64,000 nt of DNA from Zygnema circumcarinatum SAG 698-1b (taxonomy: Eukaryota > Plantae > Zygnematophyceae). The first letter of the stretch is position 1; the number at the start of each line of letters is the position of its first letter. The notes beneath the pieces were generated by a model. The model saw nothing but the letters and a program-made list of their open reading frames with translations, was not told where the DNA came from and did no database searches. This document shows positions 63,376-64,000 of the stretch, piece after piece. A program made the position numbers and the translations under genes. The stretch is from positions 744,001 through 808,000 of the forward strand of contig CM074819.1 of NCBI GenBank assembly GCA_037447605.1, read 5' to 3'.

Positions 63376-64000
63376 GTAGGGATAGAGGGCTGGGAGGAGG
63401 GTGCAAGGGTCTGGGAAGATGGGGGCCTGTGGAGGTTGTTGAGCTGGGATACGTGGGTTCTGAAGCATTTTAGGTTCTTGGGAGGCTGGGGTGTTTAGGT
63501 TTTCGGGTTTTTGGTTTTTTGAGCTTTTGGGGTGTCGAGTGTTTTAGGTCTCAGAGTGAAGGGAGGAGGATCATAGGCAGGAACTGGTTGAGAGAGAAAT
63601 GCGGGAGCCGGGGAGAGGGGGGGAAGTAAAGGAAAGGCGGTAGTGGAGAGAGGGTGACAAAAGAGAGGGGGGAGAGGGGGCAGGAAAGGAGAAGGGCATA
63701 GGGCTGGAGGGGGGGGTGACGGAGGGAGCACGAGAGTGGAGGAAATGGGAGGGGAGAGAAGCGAGAGAATAGAGGGAGGGAGAGTAAGAGACTGAAGTGA
63801 TTGCAATGAGCCTCTAAGTAATATACACTCGAAGGGAGAATTCTTGAGGACAAAAAATCCAAGGTTCTGATGCTTCATAGGGTTCCTGTTCAAGATTGCA
63901 ACCAGAAGCCTGCCAGTCTTGGTCCCTCTTTTCCCTAGAATTAGGGTTTGCAGTTAGATACCTCCGTACTAAACTGATTTGCAGATAGCTACACTGTCTG

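Overview
Eukaryotic, intron-rich nuclear DNA from the green lineage. A streptophyte alga or early-diverging plant is inferred from the plant-type ETR1, HMA1, DRT111 and DapL genes. The draft assembly has four 10-N gaps. Ten protein genes are supported by exon-by-exon reconstruction: MIF-like MDL (first exon only), HMA1 P1B-ATPase, SRPK, DRT111/SPF45, an F-box/FBA lectin gene, LDH, LL-DAP aminotransferase, complex I B22/NDUFB9, an intronless PTPA, and exon 1 of an ETR1-type ethylene receptor. The gene-free stretch at 0.8-13.4 kb holds two decayed L1-clade LINEs about 6 kb apart. Each abuts, head-to-head, a 72-73 nt non-canonical tRNA-like cloverleaf whose stems still pair despite about 27% divergence. 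A second hidden pattern is a dyad-symmetric ~53-bp module, CCAAT-N9-CCACG-N14-16-CGTGG-N9-ATTGG (a double ERSE-like element). It occurs five times, three of them just upstream of gene starts, and single halves are carried by MITE-like repeats. Other oddities: in-frame tandem copies of an HMA1 splice acceptor, a 330-bp cassette present in both orientations behind the same leader, giant sense-strand polypyrimidine tracts, TTAGGG-type intronic arrays and an MSA-motif cluster. Protein family calls come from recognised motifs, not database searches.
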